From assembly GCA_963782115.1 (NCBI GenBank), contig CAWAIK010000003.1, forward strand, positions 384,001 through 448,000: a stretch of DNA of 64,000 nt, given 5' to 3'. Shown piece by piece: positions 39,306 through 49,476 of the stretch. The position numbers and the translations under genes are program-made. The notes below the pieces were generated by a model. The model did not search any database, was not told the DNA's origin, and saw only the letters and a list, made by a program, of their open reading frames with translations. This DNA comes from an uncultured Verrucomicrobiae bacterium. GTDB lineage: Bacteria > Verrucomicrobiota > Verrucomicrobiia > Chthoniobacterales > JAFAMB01. How positions within the stretch are numbered: position 1 is the stretch's first letter; each line of letters begins with the position of its first letter.

Positions 39306-41003
39306 GTGATGGATGCACTGAATCGAGGAAGGAATAGCCTCATCGCAGCCGCGGCTCTGGTTTTGTTTGCGATCCTCTACTATAGCCTGATTTATCGATA
39401 TGGCTTTAACCTGGCCGACGAAGGAAACGTCGCACTTATCAGCCAACGCCTGATGCACGGCGAACGTCCGTTCCTGGACGTTTCACCAGGATACAACGTC
39501 CTCTGGTTTTATCCGATCAGTACTCTGTTCAGGGTTTTCGGCACCCATCTGCTCCTGATGCGTGCTTATTTTTATGCCATTTCAACTGGCTCCGGACTCG
39601 TCGCTTTCTTCCTCTTGCGGCGATTGGACGCTCCATTATGGCTCGCGTTCGCTCAGGGATTGATTGTGGTTTCGATCAACGGCCAATATTTCAAGGCCTA
39701 CATCCCGTTCCTGGTGCTCTCCAACCTGTTCGCGATCACTCTCTTCTTGACCAGCCAGCGGAAGCCTCTCCTGAGTCTCGGCGCCGGTATCCTGCTCGGA
39801 ACTACCTATCTGATTCGGATCGATATCGGTATTTTTTTTACCGTGGTCTGGTTCTGCCTTATTTTGCTCCACGCCCTTCTGCTGGATCGCCATTTCCGCC
39901 TCAATTTGATCGCCTCCTGCAACCTCCTGCTCGGTGTCGCAGCGATGCATTTACCCTTTGTCTATGACGCCTACCACAGAGGTTTCCTGCCGGAATTCGT
40001 GAATCAGTACTCCAGCGTCGCAAGCCTCATTCTTAATCCGATACTGCCGCACAAGTCGCAAAAGCCCGCCGCGAACGAGGGCCCAACCGAATCAGTCCAT
40101 CTTCCCGTTGCGTCAGCCACCATCGACCAAAATCACGCAACGACCATTGAAAAATCCCCAACCCTTCTTCAGCGACGACCGTTCCAACAGATATTCCTGA
40201 AATCGCCATCGATCGAAAAGCGTCTCCTCGCCTTTCTGACGTACATCCCGGCGCTCTTGATCTGCGCGTTGCTTATCACGGGTCTTTACCTTTGTCTGTC
40301 CAAACGAATTGCCATCGATCGTTGGCTGTTATTCTCCGCGTTATTGGCTGGCTGTTTAACAGCATTTCCTCAGTTTTTCCTGTTCCGTCCCGATCTTCCG
40401 CATTTGATTGAATTCTTGAACGGAGGCCTTGTCGCCCTCACGTGCGCCGGTTGGCTGCTCTGGTCGAGCCAAGGGAAAGATCGCATCTCAGTTCCCTACG
40501 CTGTCGCGATCGGAATCGTCGGTCTCTGTTATCTTTCGCTGACCTTCCCAAACCCATACGGCGGCACCCTCTTTCTCCGAATGAATCGACACACCAGCTT
40601 TCAAGGCGCCAACGGGGTCGACGTAATCCTCAATCGCAGCGAATACGACGAGATGAACACTCTTTTTTCGGCCACCGTGTTGAACAGCACAAAGAAAGAT
40701 TATGTCGTCTGCTATCCCTATCTGCCGGGTGTGAACTTCATGACCGCTCGTCCAACCTTTCAAACGAACTTGTACATCGATAACGTGGTTCAGGCCCCAG
40801 ACTGGCAGCAGACCGAGATTGCCAAAATTCAACGGTATCGCCCGGCGGTGATTGTCATCGACGACTGGAAGATCAATGGGTCCGAAGAGTCACGCTTTTC
40901 CCATTGGGCCATGCAGATGTCCAAATTCATCGGGAGCCGCTACCGACTCATCGCCACAATCGATAACCTAAAGATCTTTGCTTTGCTGACTCCAGCCATG
41001 TGA
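39306..41003 (+). CDS. Multi-TM GT-C-like glycosyltransferase
   Basis: DEG motif after the first TM segment, GERPFLD, many TM segments and a C-terminal soluble domain. Confidence 0.65.
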   Translation: MMDALNRGRNSLIAAAALVLFAILYYSLIYRYGFNLADEGNVALISQRLMHGERPFLDVSPGYNVLWFYPISTLFRVFGTHLLLMRAYFYAISTGSGLVAFFLLRRLDAPLWLAFAQGLIVVSINGQYFKAYIPFLVLSNLFAITLFLTSQRKPLLSLGAGILLGTTYLIRIDIGIFFTVVWFCLILLHALLLDRHFRLNLIASCNLLLGVAAMHLPFVYDAYHRGFLPEFVNQYSSVASLILNPILPHKSQKPAANEGPTESVHLPVASATIDQNHATTIEKSPTLLQRRPFQQIFLKSPSIEKRLLAFLTYIPALLICALLITGLYLCLSKRIAIDRWLLFSALLAGCLTAFPQFFLFRPDLPHLIEFLNGGLVALTCAGWLLWSSQGKDRISVPYAVAIGIVGLCYLSLTFPNPYGGTLFLRMNRHTSFQGANGVDVILNRSEYDEMNTLFSATVLNSTKKDYVVCYPYLPGVNFMTARPTFQTNLYIDNVVQAPDWQQTEIAKIQRYRPAVIVIDDWKINGSEESRFSHWAMQMSKFIGSRYRLIATIDNLKIFALLTPAM

Positions 41004-41150
41004 GGAGAAACGAATGATCTGTACGGTTGCGCTCCCACTGCCCTCACGATTCCCGACTCCGGCCGTTCCTAGTGCACCGTCTCGCGTATACCGCCAGTCC
41101 GGCTCGGACCGCCTTGCCGGCGGCCCATTTTGATCGCAACAACATCACCA

Positions 41151-41927
41151 TTATATGCGAGACGGTGCACTAGCCTTAAAAGGAAACTCATACATAGTTT
41201 TCTTCACTAGGCGGCGGATTCGGAAAAGATCGCAAAGCATTCCCATGCTGTCGTGCAAAACGCGTACGCGGGATGTGGGCGAATTTGTCCAGTGCACCGG
41301 CGCCTCAACCGTCGAAAAACCCATCGCTTGAGCCAACAACAAAACCTCGACGTCAAAGGAGAATCCATCAATGCGCTGGCGGCCGAAAATCTCGTTCGCA
41401 GCACGGTGTCGAAAGCCCTTGAATCCACACTGAGTATCCCGGATTTTCAATCCGGTCATTTTTTGGGTGATCCGATTAAAGAATTTTCCCATCCACTCTC
41501 TGGTAAAGTTCTGGTGCAGCAGGATGCGAGTTTCCGGGTGCTGGCGATTCCCCACGATCACGTCAATCGATCGATCCGTCCTGAATCGCTGGAGGCTGGC
41601 ATCCAGATCCTCGAGTGGCGTGCTCAGATCCGCATCCGTGAAAAAGATAAAATCTCCTGTCGCACGCAACATCCCGCTACGAACTGCAAAGCCTTTTCCG
41701 CGTTTTTCGTGATCCGTCAAGACCACGAACTGCGAGTTAGATTTGGCCGCGCTTTCGGCCAAAGCGAGCGTCGCGTCTTCACTCGGTTCGACGACAATGA
41801 TAATCTCGTTGGGAAAGCTCCACGTACGCCGATGTTCTTGGATCCGCTGAAGAGTGGCTGGTAACCGGTCCTCCTCATTGTATGCCGGAATGACTAGTGA
41901 GAGGAGAGGTCGAATCTGCTTGGACAT
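41151..41927 (-). CDS. GT2 polyprenyl-phosphate hexose synthase (Dol-P-Glc/DPM synthase-like)
   Basis: IPAYNEE, GKGFAV, FTDADLS, DTQCGFK and FDVEVL. Confidence 0.9.
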   Translation of the reverse strand: MSKQIRPLLSLVIPAYNEEDRLPATLQRIQEHRRTWSFPNEIIIVVEPSEDATLALAESAAKSNSQFVVLTDHEKRGKGFAVRSGMLRATGDFIFFTDADLSTPLEDLDASLQRFRTDRSIDVIVGNRQHPETRILLHQNFTREWMGKFFNRITQKMTGLKIRDTQCGFKGFRHRAANEIFGRQRIDGFSFDVEVLLLAQAMGFSTVEAPVHWTNSPTSRVRVLHDSMGMLCDLFRIRRLVKKTMYEFPFKASAPSRI

Positions 41928-41975
41928 GTCGCGGTCTTTGCATATATATCTGCGCCTCTTCCCTAAAGGCTCAGA

Positions 41976-43562
41976 ATGGCGAGACGTCAACTCCTATTTC
42001 CGGCGCTGATTCTGCTGCTCGCAGCAGTTGTTCGCTTCGCGTATCTGGATATAAAACCCCCGCATTTTGATGAAGGAATCAATGGTTGGTTCTGCGATCA
42101 GATGAGGAACTCCGGGTATTACACGTATGATCCGACCAATTACCACGGACCGCTCCATTTCTATGTTCTTTTTGTTTCGTTGAACCTGTTCGGCCGCAAT
42201 CTCTGGGCGTTGCGGCTTCCTGTAGTCCTGGCAAGTCTGCTCGCCATTTTCTGGATCTTCCTGTTTCGACCGTTCTTCAGCCGGACCGTTTGCTATTTGG
42301 CTGCGCTCAGTATGGCGATTTCTCCGGGATTCATTTTTTACGATCGCTACTCCATTCACGAATCATGGATGGTCCTGTTTCTCATTGTCACTTTCTGGGG
42401 AATTCTCGGCATCTCGACCTCGAGACAACCGAGATACTTCTGGGGATGTGTCCTGGGAGTGACCGGAGTTATTTTGACAAAGGAAACCTACATCATTCAT
42501 CTCGCCTCGTTTGCCGCCGCCGGTTGCCTCGCACCGATATGGAGCCGGCTGAAGAAGGAGACATCATCGAATCGACCGAGCGGGCAGCTTCCCGGTCGAC
42601 ACATCGCAGCGGCCATTCTGGTTGGCGTGTCGTTGATCATTTTCTTCTATTCGGGAAACTTCCGAAACTGGAACGGATTGGCGGGACTCTACCAGACATT
42701 TCTTCCCTGGACCAGAACGGGGATCGATGCGGCTGGACACGGCAAGCCCGATTTCGATCTGTTCCCGCTGATTCCTCAGTCTCTGGCAAAAGCTCCGGTT
42801 CTCGGAAGATTTGCGAGCCTCAAACTGAATTGGTACTGGGTTCGTCTGCTGGTTGACTACGAGTGGTTCGCCCTGGCTGGTTTATTGTTTTCAGTGCGAT
42901 TCTTCTTCGGTGGCCAGACCCTCCTTCGATACCTTGCGATATACGGCCTGGGTGTTCTCTTTGCTTACAGCATCATCCCGTACAAGACTCCCTGGTGCAT
43001 CATTTCGATCGCCTGGCCTTTCCTGTTTCTCGGGGCAGCCCTGATCGAATTTGTCGCGCGACGATTCAATCGGCTCCTCGCGGTCTTCCTCAGCGTGCCG
43101 CTGTTCGCTCAATCAATCTGGAAGTCGTACGACTTGAACCTGGTCAGATACGACGATCCAAAAGAGCGGTATGTGTATGTCCAGACGGTTCGTGAATATC
43201 ACAAGCTGGTCGATCCAATTCTGGAAAAAGGCGCCAGAGATCCGGCTTCAAGGCAAAAACTTTCGGGCCTCATCCTTTTGTCCAGCTACTTTCCAATTCC
43301 TTGGGTTCTGGGCGATTTTCCCAATATCGGGTACTACGTTAAACCCGATAACTGGCCGAATAAAATCGACGCAGACTTCGTCGTCGTCGATGCAGACAAA
43401 GCGGACGAATTGGAAAAACGATTGAAAGATCGATATTTCACAGCAGACTTTCATCTTCGCGACGGTATGGATGCATGTCGCGCATACTTTCGCTACGAAG
43501 CATTTCGGGACATTTTTCCAGGTCGGCAACCGGAGTTTCAGCCAGGTCAATCGGAAGAATGA
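41976..43562 (+). CDS. GT-C membrane protein, TIGR03663/Agl23-like
   Basis: KPPHFDEGING, YDPTNYHGP, TKET, PYKTPW and YVYVQT. Confidence 0.75.
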   Translation: MARRQLLFPALILLLAAVVRFAYLDIKPPHFDEGINGWFCDQMRNSGYYTYDPTNYHGPLHFYVLFVSLNLFGRNLWALRLPVVLASLLAIFWIFLFRPFFSRTVCYLAALSMAISPGFIFYDRYSIHESWMVLFLIVTFWGILGISTSRQPRYFWGCVLGVTGVILTKETYIIHLASFAAAGCLAPIWSRLKKETSSNRPSGQLPGRHIAAAILVGVSLIIFFYSGNFRNWNGLAGLYQTFLPWTRTGIDAAGHGKPDFDLFPLIPQSLAKAPVLGRFASLKLNWYWVRLLVDYEWFALAGLLFSVRFFFGGQTLLRYLAIYGLGVLFAYSIIPYKTPWCIISIAWPFLFLGAALIEFVARRFNRLLAVFLSVPLFAQSIWKSYDLNLVRYDDPKERYVYVQTVREYHKLVDPILEKGARDPASRQKLSGLILLSSYFPIPWVLGDFPNIGYYVKPDNWPNKIDADFVVVDADKADELEKRLKDRYFTADFHLRDGMDACRAYFRYEAFRDIFPGRQPEFQPGQSEE

Positions 43563-45298
43563 ATCTCTCGCTCGTTGTTCTCTGTTGGATCGCTATTTCC
43601 ACCATTCTCGGGATACTCTTTGGCTACTCGTCGGTTCAACTGACACCATCGACTGCCATTATTGCGCTTTTACTCGGTTTGATTTTGGCCGGGGTGCCAT
43701 TGTTCCTGCACCGAGGCGGAACAGGGTTCAGGACACCCGATCGCCGCCAGTTTATCGCCTTTGCTATAGCTATCTTTTTTCTTGTTTTCGCTGTACGAGA
43801 ATTCGGTCAGGTCATCTTTGTGGCGAATGACGAGATCCGGGTGATCTCTCCCAATAATCTCGGCGATATCTGCCTTCACCTGACGCATATCAACTATCTG
43901 GCAAGCAGCCCGCATTTCTGGCCGGAGAATCCAATCTTTGCGTTCGACAAATTGCGATACCCGATCGGTCTAAATGTATTCAACGCCGAACTGAAACTGG
44001 TCGGAATCGAGCCCAAGCTGGGCATCATCCTGGTCGGCTTGGTCGGTTCCGTGATTACTCTCCGAGCACTTTTCCTCTTTAACGGTTCATTCGGCGTCGC
44101 CGCCTTTCTTTTCAACGGAGGACTTGCCGGCTTTCTTTTTTTCCAATCTTATGCTCTGAAGGATTATCAGGCTGACGTGGCGTGGAAATCAATCCCGCTC
44201 GCGATGTTCGTGACGCAACGAGGCTTGCTCTATGCCGTTCCGGCCGGTTTGTTCCTGCTGCATCATTGGAAGACCACGTTGCTGGACAGGCGCCGAGAAC
44301 AAGGCATCCCCGCTTGGGTCGAATGGTTGCTCTACTGCACGATGCCGCTCTTTCATCTCCACACGTTTCTCTTTTTGTCGTTCCTCCTGTTCTGGTGGTT
44401 CGTGTTTGGAGATCCAAACTGGCGGAGCCATTTCCTCCGATTGGTCCTGCTCTCTCTCATTCCTGCCACATTCCTTGTCTACGTTGTTACCGGGTTCGCT
44501 AAAACCGGAGCGATCGGCTGGAAGCTGGATTGGATGGCCGGCCCGAACGAGGCTCCTTGGTGGTTCTGGTTACAGAATTTCGGCCTGTTCTTGCCGGCTT
44601 CTCTCGCGCTGCTGATCTATCTCCTGATTCCTGCCAAACCCCTCGCGCGCGACGCCAGGCAGAGACTTCGTCTGTTATTCTTTCCCGCAACAGCCGTCTT
44701 TATTGCTTGTTCCATGATAAAATTCGCTCCCTGGGAATGGGACAACACCAAGCTCTTTTTCTGGGCCTATCTCGTGATGATGTTCTGTCTATGGGAGGCC
44801 TTCCTCGTCAAGTGGCACCCTCTCCTTCGGGTCCCGGTCATTGTTGGGCTGTTTTTTTCCGGCTTTGTCAGTCTGGTGGGCGGAATTTGTGCCAATCCGC
44901 AAGGTTATGGTGTTGGCGTTGCCAGCGAATGGCAACAGGTGGCAGATGCGACCCGTTTTTTCCCTCCGAGCACCGTGTTCGCGACCTACCCAACCTACAA
45001 TCATCCGGTACTGGTAAGCGGGCATCGTGTTGTCATGGGGTTTCCCGGCCACCTCTGGAGTCACGGACTCAACTATCAACCAGTCGAAGCTAAACTTTTG
45101 GTCCTGATGAATTCAGAGACCGGTTGGGAAAAAATCGCCAAAGATCTCCGCGCCGATTACCTGTTCTGGGGACAATTCGAAGAAACAAATTATCCGGATT
45201 CTAAAAAGGAATGGGAACAAAACTGCCGGCTGGTTGCCGGGGGTTCATGGGGGCAAATTTATGATCTCCACAGCTTTTCCAATGCCAGCAGCCCCTAG
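43559..45298 (+). CDS. Multi-TM GT-C-like membrane protein
   Basis: GDICLHL, PENP..LRYP and WEWDNTK. ATGA overlap with the upstream gene. Confidence 0.65.
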   Translation: MNLSLVVLCWIAISTILGILFGYSSVQLTPSTAIIALLLGLILAGVPLFLHRGGTGFRTPDRRQFIAFAIAIFFLVFAVREFGQVIFVANDEIRVISPNNLGDICLHLTHINYLASSPHFWPENPIFAFDKLRYPIGLNVFNAELKLVGIEPKLGIILVGLVGSVITLRALFLFNGSFGVAAFLFNGGLAGFLFFQSYALKDYQADVAWKSIPLAMFVTQRGLLYAVPAGLFLLHHWKTTLLDRRREQGIPAWVEWLLYCTMPLFHLHTFLFLSFLLFWWFVFGDPNWRSHFLRLVLLSLIPATFLVYVVTGFAKTGAIGWKLDWMAGPNEAPWWFWLQNFGLFLPASLALLIYLLIPAKPLARDARQRLRLLFFPATAVFIACSMIKFAPWEWDNTKLFFWAYLVMMFCLWEAFLVKWHPLLRVPVIVGLFFSGFVSLVGGICANPQGYGVGVASEWQQVADATRFFPPSTVFATYPTYNHPVLVSGHRVVMGFPGHLWSHGLNYQPVEAKLLVLMNSETGWEKIAKDLRADYLFWGQFEETNYPDSKKEWEQNCRLVAGGSWGQIYDLHSFSNASSP

Positions 45299-45327
45299 TG
45301 TCCTGTCCCATGTCCTATTGCAGCCCA

Positions 45328-46128
45328 TCAGATGGGCGGACGCCCTACCCTGACACGTTCCCTCCGCCCGCACGGCAGCAAAATGATCTGTTTTAATTTC
45401 CCTTTCTGCCTCACATAGAACGGAATCCCGTAGCCACCCGAAATGTGGCCGCGACCAGTAAACACCATCAGCGGGATTCTGGGCTCCCGATCCTTGAACT
45501 CTAAAATCCGGCTGGCCATCGTCTGATCCCAAACGTTTTGCGCGTCAAAAAATCGACGCTGATCCTTTTCGTTCATCCCCGGATGGTCGCCCATCATGGC
45601 AACAAAGTTCCTGTAACCCTGTTTGGTCAGAACGAATCCGGCTGGAATCATCCCCCTCTCTTCCGCCGTTAATGGTTCTCCATGAGCAATCTTTCGAGCC
45701 AATTCGGGCGGAGCGTTCAGCGCGAGATTCGGGACACTCGCGTTCCCGGCAATTTGCAGAATTTGCTTGTACACCGGCGAATAGATTCCCCAATGCTCTT
45801 GAAAATCGGTCCTTGCCAACATCGCTTCCAACGGGATCGCGTGAGAGGCCCAAAGATCCATCACGCCTTGTTGGGTCATGTCGAACATTTCCCAACCGAT
45901 CGCAAATTTCATTTTTCGTTTCAGCAGGCCACGAACCAGTTGCAGCTCGTATTGGTGATGAGCCGGGTCATCATGCATTTCGCCGACATAGACCACATCC
46001 GCTTTCTCTATCGACTGCCAGAATTGTTCGTCCGGATTCGCAGACGCTTCCACCCGCTCGGTCCCCGAGCGTAACGCGCATGAAACAAGGGAAAGCAAGA
46101 GCGCGACAAAAGGTACAATACTTCGCAT
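45328..46128 (-). CDS. ChaN family (heme/iron uptake) lipoprotein
   Basis: Lipobox LVS-C, VVYVGEMHDDPAHH, WEMF, AQNVWDQTMA and GRGH. Confidence 0.85.
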   Translation of the reverse strand: MRSIVPFVALLLSLVSCALRSGTERVEASANPDEQFWQSIEKADVVYVGEMHDDPAHHQYELQLVRGLLKRKMKFAIGWEMFDMTQQGVMDLWASHAIPLEAMLARTDFQEHWGIYSPVYKQILQIAGNASVPNLALNAPPELARKIAHGEPLTAEERGMIPAGFVLTKQGYRNFVAMMGDHPGMNEKDQRRFFDAQNVWDQTMASRILEFKDREPRIPLMVFTGRGHISGGYGIPFYVRQKGKLKQIILLPCGRRERVRVGRPPI

Positions 46129-46516
46129 GGAACAAACTATGTGTAAATCAAGCGCCCCGCACGCGTGGGAGCAGGTCGGCGCGGGGCGGCATCTAAGCGC
46201 TCCCCATACCCAATCCCGATTCCTGTGGGAGCCCCAAGAAATTTTCAATTTTTCCCTAAAATCTTGAAACCCCAGACCGCAAATCCATTTGTAAGAGGAG
46301 AAGAGAAATGCGGCCGCAAACGGCCAGATCTGCAGAAACAAAGACTAAAAAACTGCTATGCAGTCTACTACTACTTCATGCCGTTTCGCGGAGCTTTATC
46401 AAAGGCGAATGAGGAAATTCAACTTGACGGTCCTCTTTGTCGCGGCGGTGGCGTTGGCGGTCGCGTCACTTCTAATGTTAATCTCTTAATTGAAAGGACC
46501 GCACCATAGTTCCACG

Positions 46517-46666
46517 GGAGTAAGTAAGCCGTCCCGGCTTACCTCCGGGTTGCGAGTGCTGACCGAAGGGTAAGGCGAGACGCCTTACATACAGGTTTTG
46601 ATGGCTGCCTCGCTCCCCTCACTTAGATCTGGCGGTGCTTGCGGTCCAGCGAAACGCGGGACGGCT
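46517..46666. repeat. Pair of related palindromes (REP-like)
   Basis: GTAAGCCG-TCC-CGGCTTAC (46524-46542) and GTAAGGCG-AGA-CGCCTTAC (46570-46588). Confidence 0.5.
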
Positions 46667-46704
46667 CAGTCCGCGGCGGTGAAGGCGTCGAATCCATCTT
46701 TCCC

Positions 46705-47374
46705 TTAGCTTTCCCGTGCCACAGTCAGCACTTCCTTGGAATCCTTGGCCAACCGGCAGCGGATCAGCGCCGCTAAGAGACGCGGAAACTCTTTGTCCGG
46801 CACCAGTTTCGCCAGCTCGTCTGCCTTCGTCGGAAGACCAAGCTTAGCTTACCCGCGGACTTCAGTTCAGCGCAGCAGCATCGGCAAATGGCTTAAGCTC
46901 CGGCCATGCGGTTTGCACTTCGCGCAGGAAAATGTCGGCGCCGACTTCGCCGATGCCTTTGCACTCCATGAGCAGCTTGCGTTCACGTGCCGGATCGCGT
47001 CCCGCCGCTTCGCGCAGCTTGCGTAAGTCGCCGTTATAACACTTCAACAGGAGGTCGGACGTCTCGGCGAGCATCCGCGAAGTCTTCTCGTCGTAGCGGG
47101 CGTAGCCGGCGTGATTCAGAACGCGCGTGCGCTCTTCCCAAGTTGCCGCAGCCATTTTTCGTGCGCTCGTCCATCCGCTCTTCGTCAAAGCACGCGCCGC
47201 CTCCGTGGCGATTTCATTCCCGATCCGTGCGCTGAACAGCAGCGAAGCGCAAAGCCATCGAAAAAGCGCGGAGGGTGTCGGGTTTCCCATTTCGATTCCA
47301 AGCTCCCTGGAAAACGTGCGGCCGTGCCGTTTCATGAGCGCCACGATGACCTTCTTCTCGTTCGGCTTGCTCAT
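46705..47374 (-). pseudogene. HhH-type DNA glycosylase/endonuclease-like gene, frameshifted
   Basis: LLFSARI, GYARYDE and KGIGEVGADIFLREVQ. The reading frame is restored to a stop at 46705 when two 5-bp tandem duplications are removed. Confidence 0.7.
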
Positions 47375-47416
47375 CACCCTGAATCTTCCGCGAGCTTTGC
47401 TGTGAACAGCACGTAT

Positions 47417-47863
47417 TTACTCACTCGCTTTGCGCGTTCGAGCCGCCTTCTTCGCTGCTGCGGATCTTTCGGCTGCCGAGCGTTTCTGTGCAGCCGTGCG
47501 TGTCTGCCGCGACAACGCTTCAGGCGAAGCCGCCGCGCTGCTCTCCCGCTGCAGAGCCTTTAATGTCGCTCGTGATCGATTGGCTGAGGGCTTCTTCCCC
47601 GAGTCGGCCTTTTTCAGATCGCGCTGCGCCTTGCGGCGAGTGGCCTCCGAAGTCTTGCCCGGCTTTGGCGGCGCCAATTTCACTCCGACTCGGCGCGCTT
47701 TGGAAAGCCCGATGGCGATGGCCTGTTTCGTCGAACGAGCTCCATGCTTCCCCGCGCGGATTTCTTCGATCTCCTCGCGAACAAATTCACCGGCCTGCGT
47801 GGAGGCGGACTTCCCTTCGCGCTTATCGCGGCGCGCACGTTCGATGGTTTGTTTCTTCGGCAT
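47417..47863 (-). CDS. Basic DUF6496-like putative DNA-binding/stress protein
   Basis: STQAGEFVREEI, KQAIAIGLSKARR and RSAAAKKAARTR. Confidence 0.8.
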   Translation of the reverse strand: MPKKQTIERARRDKREGKSASTQAGEFVREEIEEIRAGKHGARSTKQAIAIGLSKARRVGVKLAPPKPGKTSEATRRKAQRDLKKADSGKKPSANRSRATLKALQRESSAAASPEALSRQTRTAAQKRSAAERSAAAKKAARTRKASE

Positions 47864-47986
47864 GATGGGTACTCAGAAAATTCGCCGCCGGGGGTTCATC
47901 TGGGTGTATTTAATCGTTGCATTCGAGTACGACGATTGATGGGATCGCCCGGGTGGAAGCGGTCGAGACAAAACGCTGCCATTCGA

Positions 47987-48252
47987 GCTCTCTGCTCTCT
48001 CTATCGTTATCGTCATCGTCCTCGTGTTCGTTATCGATCTTTGAACGTTGCCGGCCACTGCGCTTCTGGAATCCGATAAGACAGCCGCTTGAAGAACCGC
48101 GTAGCTGCGTCTCTTGACACTAAAAGCATCGAATCGAGGACGATAACGAGCACGAGCACGATCGGTGGGGAAGAACGGCGACCGGGTCGCTCCTTTCTCC
48201 CCCACTCCTTGAATTCTTTCCCTCCCACCGTTAATACCCCTGGTCGTGCAGT
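47987..48252 (+). repeat. 266-bp direct repeat, copy 1
   Basis: Matches 52327-52592 with 5 mismatches, all transitions, by eye. Confidence 0.95.
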
Positions 48253-48274
48253 GATGGATCGGTACCGGGAGGGG

Positions 48275-48407
48275 TTATTCCGTTATCGCGCGGCCCCGCA
48301 CATAAGCAAATGCCGCAAGCCAGGTCAGCCGCAGGGGTTCGGGGTGTCGCCGCAATTCAAACGATGCCTCGACTGCAACCCGCTGCCGATACCGCTCCAG
48401 CTCTTGA
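48275..48407 (-). mobile_element. Tn3-family transposase internal fragment
   Basis: QELERYRQRVAVEASFELRRHPEPLRLTWLAAFAYVRGRAITE resembles the Tn3 TnpA N-terminal half just before the 'ITD' motif. Confidence 0.6.
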
Positions 48408-49476
48408 GTGGGCGTGTGTGCCCACCACGCCATGGCAGATGCTGACGACGAAAACCAGCAGATCCTTCCCTTCCCCATCCTTGTGGAATCAACCATTCCC
48501 ACGAACGGTGATGTGAATCCCTACGGGGTCGCATTTGTGCCGAACGGCTTTCCGGCTGGAGGACTTCTCAATCCGGGGGATCTTTTGGTTTCCAACTTCA
48601 ATAACAACCAGAATATTCAAGGGACCGGCACCACGATTATCAAGGTGGCGCCCAATGGCCAAACATCTCTCTTTTTCCAGGGAACTGCCCCGCTTGGTTT
48701 GAGTACAGGGTTAGCGGTGCTTAAAAGAGGGTTTGTGCTGGTCGCCAACTGTCCGACCACCGGCGGCGCTACGCCGATGGCACAACCGGGATCGCTTCTG
48801 GTGATCGACCCCAATGGACGCTTGATAAATACGATCATCGGTCCGCTGATCCACGGCCCGTGGGACTTCACAGTCCACGACGAGGGAAACAAGGTTAAGG
48901 TCTTCGTTTCAAACGTGCTGACTGGTACGGTGTCGCGTCTGGACTTGGCTTTGGATGGCGGTAATGTCGTCGTGAAAAACGCGGCGGTGATCGCTTCGGG
49001 CTACATACACCGGCCCGACCCTGCCACGTTTGAGGTGGGCCCGACTGGGTCGGCCTACGATCCGCGTAAAGATATTCTCTATGTCGCCTCTACAGGAGAC
49101 AACGAGGTCTTCGCGGTCAACAATGCCGGCGAGGAAAACCAATCGCGGGGTCTGTGCCAGTTGATCTACAAGGATCAGGTGCATCTGCATGGGGCATTGG
49201 CAATGGTTCTCGCGCCCAATGGGCATCTGCTGGTTAGCAATAGCGACGGAATCAACCCGGATCCAAATCAGCCCAGCGAAATCGTGGAATTCACCGTGCA
49301 TGGTAAATTCATCGGCCAGTTCTCGGTCGATCCGGCCCAAGGTGGGGCATTCGGACTTAACATCGTACAGGCAAACTGACGATGTGGTTCGATTCGTGGC
49401 GGTAGACGACAACGCCAACACTATCACACTCTGGAAGTTGAACACCGCAAATTTGACCGACCCGGAACAACACTAA
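48408..49476 (+). pseudogene. Secreted beta-propeller-like (NHL-type) protein, 5'-truncated and frameshifted near the C-terminus
   Basis: NGDVNPYGVAFVP, LVSNFNN, QGTGTTI, GPWD and GPTG. An in-frame TGA lies directly before the residual signal peptide. The C-terminal FVAVDDNANTITLW is in another frame after about 49373. Confidence 0.7.

Noticed and set aside
47873..48445. ORFs 47873-48205, 48031-48228 and 48089-48445 and their twins at 52150-52719
   Set aside because: They are translations of the non-coding hexamer repeat (RARARYRPR, VLVLVIVLD, ITITI patterns).
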